Shown here: one piece after another, positions 8,846-17,469 of the stretch
Position numbering within the stretch: the first letter of the stretch is position 1
How the letters are laid out: each line of letters opens with the position of its first letter
Source of the DNA: an uncultured bacterium
GTDB lineage: Bacteria; Eisenbacteria; RBG-16-71-46
Assembly (NCBI GenBank): GCA_964608905.1
Contig: CAZSQE010000001.1
Span: forward strand, 1 to 30,982
DNA length: 30,982 bases
Direction of reading: 5' to 3'
The notes under the pieces: generated by a model
Databases searched by the model: none
Seen by the model: only the letters and a program-made list of their open reading frames with translations
What the model was told of the DNA's origin: nothing
Position numbers and translations under genes: made by a program

Positions 8846-9346
8846 CTACTTGCAGGGCGTGATGTCCTGCTCCTCGACGAAGCGGATGGCCGCGCCCTTC
8901 GCCGCCACGCCCACGAACTCCACCGGCTGCGTCAGGGCCGTGGTGACGGCGCAGCCGCTGCCCGGCGCCGTCGAGTGGACGAGCGCCCGCAGGCCGTAGC
9001 CCTCGGAGACGACCTCGGCGACCTGGATCGCGTAGCCGCCGGAACCCTGCTCGCCCAGCGCCACCACCAGCACGACGTGCGTGGCGAAGTCCACCTCGGG
9101 CACCGCGGGGGCCGGGGTGAACGTCCACGCGGCCTTCCAGAGGTTCTCGAACGTGACCGCGTCGCGCACGACCGCGCGTATCGGCTTGAGCATGCCCGAG
9201 TACGTGCCCGCGTTCGCCGGGTTCAGCCGCTCGATGGCCACCGGCGTCGGCTCCACGACGCTCTCGTCGAGGCACCCGGGGACCAACAGCAGGGCCAGCA
9301 GGGCGAAGCCCACTCCGAACACGCGTGTGGCAGCGTTCCGCATCAT
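8846..9346 (-). CDS. PrcB C-terminal-domain family lipoprotein
   Basis: Lipobox-like LLVPGC. PEVDFATHVVLVVALGEQGSGGYAIQV...VTTALTQP is the PrcB_C pattern. GAGGAGG precedes the start. Confidence 0.8.
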   Translation of the reverse strand: MMRNAATRVFGVGFALLALLLVPGCLDESVVEPTPVAIERLNPANAGTYSGMLKPIRAVVRDAVTFENLWKAAWTFTPAPAVPEVDFATHVVLVVALGEQGSGGYAIQVAEVVSEGYGLRALVHSTAPGSGCAVTTALTQPVEFVGVAAKGAAIRFVEEQDITPCK

Positions 9347-9463
9347 GGCGACCTCCTCGCGAGGGCCCGGTCCACCCTCGCACGAACCGTCACCATTGGA
9401 GCACCGAAGGGTGGCGCCGTCCAGTCCCCGATGCGCCGGGCGGGCCCGGCCGCGCCGCGGCCG

Positions 9464-9808
9464 TTACCCGAGGGCCACCCGGACCACGAGCAACCCGAAG
9501 CCCAGCGCGCAGATGATGGCCCAGTTGCGGAACCCGTGGATGGCGTACTGCTTGCCCGCCACCAACTCGAAGAGGGTCTTCTCGTCGCCGTAGCGGGCGT
9601 GCACCACCCCCATCGGGCAGTGCCCGCGGTTGAAGGCCACGATGACCCACTGCACCCCCAGGGCCGCGAGGGAGAGCCCCAGCCAGGCGTCCAGCACGCG
9701 GAAGATGGCCGCGTACCAGAGGTAGGTCGTGGCGGCGGTCATCCCGATGCCGATGACGAAGTGTCCCGTCCGGATGGCGTAGACCATCGGGTGGTAACGG
9801 GGGCTCAA
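9464..9808 (-). CDS. Small membrane protein of unknown function
   Basis: About three hydrophobic helices and a GHCPMG motif. Probable TTG start at 9808 with GGAG 7 nt upstream; alternative ATG at 9788. Confidence 0.65.
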   Translation of the reverse strand: MSPRYHPMVYAIRTGHFVIGIGMTAATTYLWYAAIFRVLDAWLGLSLAALGVQWVIVAFNRGHCPMGVVHARYGDEKTLFELVAGKQYAIHGFRNWAIICALGFGLLVVRVALG

Positions 9809-9996
9809 GCGGCGTCTCCGGATGGCTCCGGCGCGCGCCGGGACACGGCTCGCGCGGCCGCAAGCGGTCGTCTGATCGGTGTGACGTGACAGGGGCACGC
9901 CTCGGTGAACCCGAACGCCCAGGGGCGGACGGCGGAGAGCGGGCAGTACGGGACAGGGCGGTCGAATCGGCCGATCACGGACGATCGTGATGCCAT
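9805..9996 (-). CDS. Candidate 63-aa small protein (MASRSSVIGRFDRPVPYCPL...)
   Basis: GGAGG before the ATG at 9996, an extended -10 about 30 nt upstream, and a TGA stop that overlaps the TTG start of the next gene. No recognised family. Confidence 0.4.
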   Translation of the reverse strand: MASRSSVIGRFDRPVPYCPLSAVRPWAFGFTEACPCHVTPIRRPLAAARAVSRRAPEPSGDAA

Positions 9997-10025
9997 GGCG
10001 GCCTCCGTGGCGTGATGGACGACCG

Positions 10026-10037
10026 AATCTAGCACAG
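10026..10037 (-). promoter_or_regulatory. Extended -10 promoter element (CTGTGCTAGATT)
   Basis: TG-n-TAGATT. The identical 12-mer occurs at 21566-21577 at almost the same distance from the kinase start, and a variant (TGTGCTAGGCT) lies near 15159-15169. Confidence 0.55.
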
Positions 10038-10262
10038 CACCCCCGGGCGAATGGCCGACGGTGGAGGAAATGCCGGGCCGCGGCTGAGTCTGGTCGGGAA
10101 TCGCCGCGGCGCGGGGCGAGCCCACCGACGTCGTGGCCTGCTTCACATTCAGCGCGGCGATGTGCATAATGCGCGCCCCGCAGGCCATCCGCCCCCCCGG
10201 AGCAGCGGCTGCCAACTCGCTGCACGCGCCACGAACCCACGGCGGACGCGCCGGAGAACCCG

Positions 10263-11024
10263 ATGATGCACCCTCGCCATGCACCCGCTCTCCTCCTCCT
10301 GTCCCTCGTGCTCCTGGCTGCGTTGCCGGCCGTCGCGCACGCCCAGTCGGGCTCGAGCAGCGTCACGCTGAACTGGACCGCCCCCGGGGACGACAGCCTC
10401 GCCGGCCGGGCGAGCCAGTACGACCTGCGTTACTCGACGGCGACGATCACCGCCGCGAACTTCGGGAGCGCGACGCGCCTCACCGGCATGGCCGCGCCGG
10501 CCGTCGCCGGCTCGGCCGAGACGGCGACGGTGTCCGGCCTGGCGGCGGCGATCACCTACCACTTCGCCATCAGGGCCGCGGACGAGTCGGGCAACTGGTC
10601 GGTGCTCTCGAACATGGTCACGAAGACCACCGGGGCCGTGCCGGACACGGTGCGCCCGGCGGCGGCGAGCATCGCCGTCATCGCCGTGACCGACACCAGC
10701 GCCACGCTGAGCTGGGCCGCGGTCGGCGACGACAGCCTGAGCGGCACCGCCGCCTCGTACCAGGTCCGCTACTCGACCGCGCCCATCACCCTCGCGAACT
10801 TCGCCGGCGCCACCGCGGTGACGCCGCCGACGCCCGCCACTCCCGGGACGGGGCAGGGCGTGGTGGTGCGCGGCCTGAGCCGCCAGGTCACCTACTACTT
10901 CGTGCTGCGCACCGTGGACGAGGCCGGCAACGTCTCCGCCCTCTCGAACGTGCCGTCCGCCACCACCACCGACACGATGCCGCCCGGCAAGGTCGAGGAC
11001 CTGCGCACGCTGTTCGTGTGGTGA
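10263..11024 (+). CDS. Secreted protein with two tandem fibronectin type III repeats
   Basis: Signal peptide, then two repeats of W(T/A)AxGDDSLxGxAxxYxxRYSTxxITxANFxxAT...YxFxxRxxDExGNxSxLSN. Confidence 0.85.
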   Translation: MMHPRHAPALLLLSLVLLAALPAVAHAQSGSSSVTLNWTAPGDDSLAGRASQYDLRYSTATITAANFGSATRLTGMAAPAVAGSAETATVSGLAAAITYHFAIRAADESGNWSVLSNMVTKTTGAVPDTVRPAAASIAVIAVTDTSATLSWAAVGDDSLSGTAASYQVRYSTAPITLANFAGATAVTPPTPATPGTGQGVVVRGLSRQVTYYFVLRTVDEAGNVSALSNVPSATTTDTMPPGKVEDLRTLFVW

Positions 11025-11082
11025 CGTCCCCCGGCCGGGAGGCGCCCTCGGCACGAGTCGAACGCGCGCCGCGGGAGCGGTC

Positions 11083-13110
11083 TCAGTACGCCCGCAGCTC
11101 CACGCGCATCGTCCGCCCGGGGCGCGGGAGCCCGTAGGCGTCGAACTGGACGGCGTCGGTCAGGTTGTCGAACGCCGCCCGGAGCTGGAGGCCGCGGAAC
11201 CACCCGCCGCCGTGGACCGGCCAGTCCCGCGACAGCTCGACGTCCAGCTGTCCCGCCGGGGCGAGCCTCGACTCGACGTCGTGCTCCGGGTCGATGGCGG
11301 ACTGCTCCCCCGTGAAGCGCGCCTCCACGGCCGCGTGCAGCCCCCGGCCGACCGGCATCCGTACGCGCAGGCCCCCCATCCACTCCGGCGTGTTCTCGGG
11401 CCGCGTGAGCCCGGCGGCCGGGTCGAGCACCCGCACGTCCTGCCCGACGGCGTCGGCGCTCAGCTCCAGGACGCCGACCGCGTGCGACGCGAGGACCTCG
11501 ACGCCGACGCTGCGGACGCCCTCCTGGTTGACGCGTTGGTAACGCTCGCCCGGCGGGCGGATGCGCACCACGGCATCCGAGAGATGGTGGTGGAATCCGA
11601 CCACCTGCAGGCTCCCGCGCGACGTGCGGGACGTCACGCCGGTCTCGAGGGCGACCAGGTGCTCGGGCCGGAGGTCCGGGTTGGGCTCGAACGTCCCGAG
11701 CGCGCCGGAGTAGAGCTCGCGCAGCGACGGGAAGCGCGCCCTCCGGCTCGCGCCGGCGTGGACGGTCGTCGCGCCGCGGCCGACGCGGGCCGCGACGCCG
11801 AGGCGGCCGCCCCACTGGCCGAGGGCCTCGAACGACGGCTTGTTCCCCGTCTCGGGCGTGTCGGCCCCGTCGAGGGTCGCGCCCGCGCTCAGCGCGAACT
11901 CGCGCACGACGCCGGCGCCGGGCACGCGGGCCAGCGCCTCGGCGGCCCCGCTCCAGAGGCGCTGGCGATAGGCAGTCGACACGCCGTCGAGGATCTCGTC
12001 GTGCCGGACGTCGCCGTACGAGAACGCGGCGCGAACCTCGCCCCGGCCGCCCAGGGTCTGCAGCGCCGTGCCCCGCAGCGTGAGCACGCCGTCGTCGGCG
12101 TCCTCCTCGGCGGTCACGGTGGCGTAGTCGCGTGACTCGTAGGCGTCGATCTCCGTCCGCCCGCGGTCGTACCCGCCGCTCACCTGCAGGTCGGCCCGGC
12201 CGCCCCACGGCATCGCGTGGCTGCCGGTGCCGGCGGAGACGATCCCGATGCCGCGGGCGATGTGCGGGTAGCGCCAGAACCGGGCGGAGGCCACGCCGAG
12301 CTGCGCCGCGATGCCGCGCTCGGCGCGATAGCCGAGCCCGAGCACGGAGAGGTGCGCCCCCCGCTCGGCATCCACGCGCAGAGCGACGAACCCGTTCGAC
12401 TCCCGGAAGTCGGTGTTGAGGCGCTCGTCGCGGTCGGCGGGCACCGGCTCCTCGATGCCCCGCGGCAGCGTCTGCCCCGGCGAGCGGCGCTGGCCGGCGC
12501 CCGCGCGGGCCGTGAGCACGCCCCAGCCCAGGTCGCGCGGGACCGTGACGGCTCCCGCCAGTCCGAACCCGCCGAGTCCGTCAACGCCGGCGCGGAGCTG
12601 GGAGGAGGCCCGCCGTCCTTCGACGTCGGACGGGGCCGTGCCGAGTTCCACGACCCCGCCGAGGGTGTTGGGCCCGTGCGTGAGCGACGACAGCCCGCGC
12701 ACGAGCGTCACCCGGTCGATCGCGAGCGCCGGGATCACCGAGACGTCCGCCCGGCCGTCCCAGGCGAAGGTCAGCGGCACTCCGTCCAGCAGGACGGCCA
12801 CCTGCCGGGACTCGGAGCCGCGCACGGTCACCTCGGCTTCGCCGCGCGAGTTCGTCCGGATGTGGGTGCCGGGCAGAGCGCGGAGCACCTGTTCCACCGT
12901 CGGCATGGACTCGAGCGGCAGCGAGTCGAGCCTGGCGGTGACCATCCCGGCCCCCTCCGGGGTGGCCGCGGGCCGCGGGCCGCGCACGAGGACCTCGGGC
13001 AGCTCGACGAGCAACGTGTCGGCGGGAGGCGATGGCCCGTGTGCGGCCGCGTCCGCCGTCCAGAGGCAGAGGGCAAGCACCGTCAACAGCCGTCGCGGCC
13101 GCCGAAGCAC
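11083..13110 (-). CDS. TonB-dependent receptor
   Basis: GTG at 13110 follows AGGAGG. Plug motifs LRALPG, VTVRGSESRQVAVLLDGVP, IDRVTLVRGLSSLTHGPNTLGGVV. Barrel end FDNLTDAVQFDAYGLPRPGRTMRVELRAY. Confidence 0.92.
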   Translation of the reverse strand: MLRRPRRLLTVLALCLWTADAAAHGPSPPADTLLVELPEVLVRGPRPAATPEGAGMVTARLDSLPLESMPTVEQVLRALPGTHIRTNSRGEAEVTVRGSESRQVAVLLDGVPLTFAWDGRADVSVIPALAIDRVTLVRGLSSLTHGPNTLGGVVELGTAPSDVEGRRASSQLRAGVDGLGGFGLAGAVTVPRDLGWGVLTARAGAGQRRSPGQTLPRGIEEPVPADRDERLNTDFRESNGFVALRVDAERGAHLSVLGLGYRAERGIAAQLGVASARFWRYPHIARGIGIVSAGTGSHAMPWGGRADLQVSGGYDRGRTEIDAYESRDYATVTAEEDADDGVLTLRGTALQTLGGRGEVRAAFSYGDVRHDEILDGVSTAYRQRLWSGAAEALARVPGAGVVREFALSAGATLDGADTPETGNKPSFEALGQWGGRLGVAARVGRGATTVHAGASRRARFPSLRELYSGALGTFEPNPDLRPEHLVALETGVTSRTSRGSLQVVGFHHHLSDAVVRIRPPGERYQRVNQEGVRSVGVEVLASHAVGVLELSADAVGQDVRVLDPAAGLTRPENTPEWMGGLRVRMPVGRGLHAAVEARFTGEQSAIDPEHDVESRLAPAGQLDVELSRDWPVHGGGWFRGLQLRAAFDNLTDAVQFDAYGLPRPGRTMRVELRAY

Positions 13111-13226
13111 CTGTCGAGCCTCCTGTGGCGGGGTCTTCCCTGCCGGCGTCCTGGCATGCCCAAGCCGCAGTGGAGCCGAGTCCCCGGCGCTCCCTGCCCT
13201 GCGCGGCGGCGATGCCTCTACGGCGG

Positions 13227-13303
13227 TGGTGGCCCCGGCCGGAGTCGAACCGACGACACGCGGTTTAGGAAACCGCTGCTCTATCCGTCTGAGCTACGGG
13301 GCC
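13227..13303 (-). tRNA. tRNA-Arg(CCT), 77 nt, CCA encoded
   Basis: Acceptor stem GGCCCCG/CGGGGCC followed by ACCA; D-arm GCTC/GAGC; anticodon stem GCGGT-TTCCTAA-ACCGC; T-loop GGTTCGACTCC. Confidence 0.97.
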
Positions 13304-13309
13304 GTACGG

Positions 13310-13331
13310 CAGCAAGATAGCGCACTTTGCT
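13310..13331 (-). promoter_or_regulatory. Probable tRNA promoter region (-10 TATCTT), duplicated at 19136-19157
   Basis: The 22-mer cagcaagatagcgcactttgct is identical in both places and sits at the same offset from tRNA position 1. Confidence 0.65.
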
Positions 13332-13341
13332 GAGCGAGCAA

Positions 13342-13363
13342 ATCAAGCGGGCATCAAGCGGGC
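13342..13363. repeat. Tandem 11-bp direct repeat at a cassette end
   Basis: atcaagcgggc occurs at 13342-13352 and 13353-13363. A related catcaagc occurs at 19168-19175. Confidence 0.7.
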
Positions 13364-13513
13364 ACGCGGTCCATCAGACCGCGTGCCTCGCAGATCGCAT
13401 CCCGCACGCGGCCGGCAAACGGTGACAGCGCGCACCGACATAGTCAGCACCCACCGTGATCGGCGGGACTTCCTTGCCGCCTTTCGACTGATGTACACGG
13501 AGACGGGTCAAGC

Positions 13514-13696
13514 TCACACGACCGGACAACTAGGCTCGCTCGCAAGCGCCCTTTGCGAGTACCGGAGAGCCTCCCTGCCACGACGTTGACATGCTGCTAT
13601 CCAGCTGAGCCGGGTAAGGAACCAGTGGTGACCAGGACTGCGCTGCAGTTCGGCCAGGATGAGCCGCCGCGCTGCGGGCCATTTCCTTCGGTCCAC
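13514..13696 (-). pseudogene. Probable TPR-like gene remnant
   Basis: ARRLILAELQRSPGHHWFLTRLS...EALRYSQRALASEPSCPVV resembles a TPR helix pair, and two in-frame TGA stops follow closely. Confidence 0.35.
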
Positions 13697-13843
13697 CAGC
13701 TCAGCGAATCTGGCTTCCTTGGTCTCCGCAGCTACCGCCCACCTGCAATGGCTAGCCTCTCCGCCTCTCGCCTCACGGCCTCACACGCGGCTCCGTATGC
13801 CGTCCGAGCACCTGTCTCACATGCCCCTCCTCCAACCGCCCGG

Positions 13844-14344
13844 TCACGCGGCAGTGAGGGCGCTGCTCACGCCTCGCGGGGTGAGGACACAACGGCGACC
13901 AATCAAGACATAGATGAGCGGAAGACCCACCACCCTGAGCAGCGGAAGGGACAGCATTAGCCATACGTCGCCGGGATTCTCGTATGTGCGGTTCATGTGC
14001 GTCATGAAGAGCCTCATCAGGCGCGCGAGCTCAGGTACAACGAAGACGAGCACCACGCCGAGAAAGAGGAGGCTCGACACGGCAAGCGACCGCCCACCGA
14101 CGCCATCCGCTGCGACGTACCTGCGAAACACGTGGCTCCCGAGAACCGTCGCGCCTGCGATCAGAGACATCGAAACGACGGTGAGCAGGAGGGCGACCCA
14201 GTAGGGCTCGTCAGCTGACCCGCGCAGCGCAGCGTTCAAGGCATACCAGAGCAAGGTGTTCACCCCCAACGTGAGGACCCACCCAACTCCCAAGGCGGAC
14301 ATAAGCCCGACAACGAGAAAATGCTTCAGCGCCTGCGCGATCAT
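13844..14344 (-). CDS. Membrane protein of unknown function, directly downstream of the HEPN gene
   Basis: Four to five hydrophobic segments. ATG at 14344 follows GGGAGGGAG and lies 14 nt after the HEPN stop. Confidence 0.7.
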   Translation of the reverse strand: MIAQALKHFLVVGLMSALGVGWVLTLGVNTLLWYALNAALRGSADEPYWVALLLTVVSMSLIAGATVLGSHVFRRYVAADGVGGRSLAVSSLLFLGVVLVFVVPELARLMRLFMTHMNRTYENPGDVWLMLSLPLLRVVGLPLIYVLIGRRCVLTPRGVSSALTAA

Positions 14345-14358
14345 GCTCCCTCCCAAGG

Positions 14359-14742
14359 CTAGGAAGCCTGCCCGATGATTCGCGCAGCTTCGAGGACGAA
14401 CTCCCTCGCCTGGGCGATCACCGCCGTCGCCTCGTCGGCCGTGATGAGGGCGTCCACGCCGTAGTCCGCTTGGATCCGGACATCGAACGCGTCGAGCAGC
14501 CAGCGGTGGAAGCGGGCATCCAGCAGTCCCGGGCGCACCAGTTGCTCGCCGAGCGCGCTATGGACTGCGCTGTGCTTGCGGAAGTGAAGCCCCCGCTCGA
14601 ACAGGAGCGCTTCGGCCGCGTAGAGCATGGCGTAGTACGCGCGGCCTGCGGCGAAGTCCGATTCGTCCGCCTGCACGAGGGCCTCGGCGGCGTGAATCGC
14701 CCTCTCAGCCTTGCTGAGGAGACGGCGGCTCTCGCTCTTCAC
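14359..14742 (-). CDS. HEPN-domain protein (UPF0332-like), toxin partner of an MNT-HEPN pair
   Basis: GRAYYAMLYAAEALL...KHSAV...RIQADY (Rx4Y-type motif). The GTG start overlaps the MNT stop (GTGA). Confidence 0.88.
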   Translation of the reverse strand: MKSESRRLLSKAERAIHAAEALVQADESDFAAGRAYYAMLYAAEALLFERGLHFRKHSAVHSALGEQLVRPGLLDARFHRWLLDAFDVRIQADYGVDALITADEATAVIAQAREFVLEAARIIGQAS

Positions 14743-15059
14743 GCGGCGATGGCCTCCATCCGGGCGTTGGCGAGGAAGGGTGAATCACGCTCGATCCAGT
14801 CGCGCTCGGGGACCAGCACCCGACTGATGCTGAGGCCGGACTCCAGGGAGAGAGCCGAGATCAGCACACTCGTGCGGCGGACCTCGCCGAGGTAGCCGTC
14901 CACTCGATCGAGCACGATGATGACGTCCACGTCGGATTCGGCGTCTTCCTCCCCGCGGGCATAGGAGCCATAGAGGTACACCCCGCGCAGGCGCGCGGCG
15001 TACACCTGCTCAAGCTCCGCGCGAAGACGGGCCAGCAAGCCCTTGATCTTCTCGCTCAT
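14739..15059 (-). CDS. Minimal nucleotidyltransferase (MNT), antitoxin of an MNT-HEPN pair
   Basis: LYGSYARGEEDAESDVDV contains the GS...DxD motif. ATG at 15059 follows GGAGG. Confidence 0.9.
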   Translation of the reverse strand: MSEKIKGLLARLRAELEQVYAARLRGVYLYGSYARGEEDAESDVDVIIVLDRVDGYLGEVRRTSVLISALSLESGLSISRVLVPERDWIERDSPFLANARMEAIAA

Positions 15060-15325
15060 GGCGTCCTCCAGCTTGGACCGTGGTCTCGGTCCCCGCCTGC
15101 CCGGCAGTCTCGCTGATCCGAAGCAGGCCAAGCCTGTCCGGAACGTTGCTGCAGTCCAGCCTAGCACAGGACAGTGAGCAGGGCGGAGCCGAGTCGGGGT
15201 GGCCCGCCGGCGCGGCTTGCGCTACGGCCGCGGCGTCGGGGCGCCTCGCCTGAGTGGCTACGACCTTGGCTACGAGAACCGTATCAATCCATGTCCGCTC
15301 GTGTCCTCTCCTGTCCAGTCGAACT

Positions 15326-15362
15326 CGAAGCCCCCGCGCCGGCATCGGACGCGGGGGCTTCG
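15326..15362. terminator. Hairpin about 70 nt downstream of tRNA-half copy 2
   Basis: Perfect 13-bp inverted repeat cgaagcccccgcg / cgcgggggcttcg. Confidence 0.6.
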
Positions 15363-15429
15363 GGATGAGCGCTGTCCACAGCGACTTAGCGTGGTCTGTT
15401 CGAATTGCCCCGAGAATGGACCGGAGCGC

Positions 15430-15468
15430 TTAGGAAACCGCTGCTCTATCCGTCTGAGCTACGGGGCC
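15430..15468 (-). repeat. tRNA-Arg 5' half, copy 2 (first 39 nt, ending at A38), identical to the tRNA
   Basis: ttaggaaaccgctgctctatccgtctgagctacggggcc is identical to 13265-13303. Confidence 0.97.
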
Positions 15469-15519
15469 GTGGGTGTCATGCCGATTCGCTCGCAAGAAAC
15501 TGCACTAGTATCCACCGCT

Positions 15520-15993
15520 TCACTTCAGCTCCTTAGTGATGCCCTTGAGGCTCCACGCGATGACTCGGATCCCGTGCTTCTTGATCGCAGGCGGCAGTTT
15601 CCGTGGAAGGTCTCCCCCATGGACGCCGACCACCTTCTTCCCGAGTTTGACGCTCTCTTCAACCTCCCAATTCACCCACTCGCTGTTCGCTGTCTGGTCA
15701 GACACGTAGACAAGGGTCACGGACGACTGCCGGATGCGCTCGAGGATGCCCTTCCGGATGTAGTCGGCCCGCTCGCTGTCGAATGGCGCCCGCAGCGACC
15801 AATCATTGAAATTCAGTGCGCTACCTTCCTTCTGGGCCTGCCGACGTAACAGTTCGACCTGTGGCTTGTCTTCGTTGGTGAAGCTGATGAAGACGTTTCG
15901 GTTTGCGCCCGCCGGGGTATTCCGCTTCCTCGCCAGTACTCTCCGCCGTTTGAGAGCCGCAGGCGAAGGACGTTTGGCACTGGCACCGCCCAC
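15520..15993 (-). CDS. TIR-domain protein (MTH538/DUF1863, ThsB-like)
   Basis: NVFISF...IRQSSVTLVYVSDQTANSEWVNWEV retains the putative catalytic Glu. The GTG start overlaps the upstream TAG. Confidence 0.85.
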   Translation of the reverse strand: MGGASAKRPSPAALKRRRVLARKRNTPAGANRNVFISFTNEDKPQVELLRRQAQKEGSALNFNDWSLRAPFDSERADYIRKGILERIRQSSVTLVYVSDQTANSEWVNWEVEESVKLGKKVVGVHGGDLPRKLPPAIKKHGIRVIAWSLKGITKELK

Positions 15994-17282
15994 TATGGGC
16001 CTCTGCGCGCGCGGGCTTCGCGAATGAATCCCAGGTTCAGAGCCGTGGTCTCGGGCTCCCAGCTCTCGCGGACCGCTGCCAGCGCCGGCACGAGCGCATC
16101 TGCTGCCGCGGCCTCATCCCCACCCAGCACCGCCAGCTCCATGAGGGTTGCGTGGTCCCAGTAGTTCGGGTTGCCAGAGGTGAGCCGGCGCTTCACCGAG
16201 TACTTGACGACCGGAAGGATCTCTCGGATGCGGTCGTCGGACGGATCGCGCAGCTCCATCAGCGCGAGCGCGTTGATTCCCGGGTAGGCATCGCGCCAGT
16301 CAGCCTGGAACCCCCTCAAGTACGCATCGATCGCTTCGTCTAGAAGCGCTCTCGCCATTGTTGTGTTGCCGGCTTGGACGGCAGCATGCCAGCGGTCTTT
16401 GTACACACGGCCGAGGATGCCGAACGTCTCACTAGAAGGGCCGCGCCGCGAGACGAGCTGAAGCAGCACGAGTTCGGCATCCTCTCCCTGTCCGGAGCGA
16501 TTGAGGGCCAGAGCGAACTGCTCCTGCACCATCACGGATGCCTGCAGGGGCGGGGACATGAGGTCCCGTAGTCGAATCATGTCCTCCCAGGCCCCGATCG
16601 CGCGATAGGAGAGAAAGAGATCGATAACCACACCGACCTCTACGTCGGAGACGTCCCCCAGCTCAGCCTCGAGCGCACGCAGCGCCTCGAGACCGCCCTC
16701 ATTCAGGGTTCTCGCCCGCGCAAGACGCTCCCTCAATTCCTGGCTGTAACCCACTTGCTCGCGGAACAACTCCGCTCTTGAGCGATCCAGGTGTGGTGTC
16801 GGCAGACCTTCGACGAAGTGGAAGACGGGGCCATCGGCGTGAGTCGACCGAGCCGCGCTCAACGCGTCGGCGATCGCAGTTCGAGTGGTGTCGACATCCT
16901 GCGGCTGGCCGTCGGCTCCGAGCTGGTAGCGAATGCAGCGAAGGCCCTGCATTTCAAAGGGTAGGTGCTCACCTGGAGCGACGAGCAGCACGGTGCGTTG
17001 GGGGCGGACGGCATGTCGAGCGCCCAGCGCGTAGAAAGCATTGGTGCTGGCCACTGTCAGGTCCGCAAGCGCGTAGTGAGACAGAACCAGCCGCTCGATC
17101 ATCGGCTTGTGAATGACTCCGCCGAGGTCCTCCTGATCCACGAGGATGGCGTCGAGGCCAGCGTCCTTGATGGCGGGTGCGATCAGGTCGCGGTACACGC
17201 TGTCGAAGTCAATCCAATTGCCCGCCGCGCCTTGCCTGCGGCCGAGCGGCATCAGCACGAAGCACAACTCTTTCGACATCAT
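15993..17282 (-). CDS. DUF4071/MAP3K TRAF-binding-type TPR protein with an N-terminal nucleoside-deoxyribosyltransferase-like domain
   Basis: CFVLMPLG...DFDSVY..LIAPAI...ADLT...NAFYALGARHA, then LFLSYRAIGAWEDMI...QFALALNR...SSETFGILGRVYKDRW...YPGINA...YWDHAT. ATG-ATG start follows AGGAG. Confidence 0.8.
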   Translation of the reverse strand: MMSKELCFVLMPLGRRQGAAGNWIDFDSVYRDLIAPAIKDAGLDAILVDQEDLGGVIHKPMIERLVLSHYALADLTVASTNAFYALGARHAVRPQRTVLLVAPGEHLPFEMQGLRCIRYQLGADGQPQDVDTTRTAIADALSAARSTHADGPVFHFVEGLPTPHLDRSRAELFREQVGYSQELRERLARARTLNEGGLEALRALEAELGDVSDVEVGVVIDLFLSYRAIGAWEDMIRLRDLMSPPLQASVMVQEQFALALNRSGQGEDAELVLLQLVSRRGPSSETFGILGRVYKDRWHAAVQAGNTTMARALLDEAIDAYLRGFQADWRDAYPGINALALMELRDPSDDRIREILPVVKYSVKRRLTSGNPNYWDHATLMELAVLGGDEAAAADALVPALAAVRESWEPETTALNLGFIREARARRGP

Positions 17283-17469
17283 GGCTCCTATAGCCGGGTT
17301 CCTCGCTAGCACGGATTGCCCGTTCGCTCCGAGCGCCTCGAGGAATGCTCCCTGAAGTCAGGAGGGCAACTCGATTCCCTCGCCAGTTCCGCGCGATGGT
17401 GCTCCAGGGAGTGGTCCGAGTCAACAGTGATGAGGCGACGGGCTCTTGCACCCTTGTCTTCCGTGGTAG

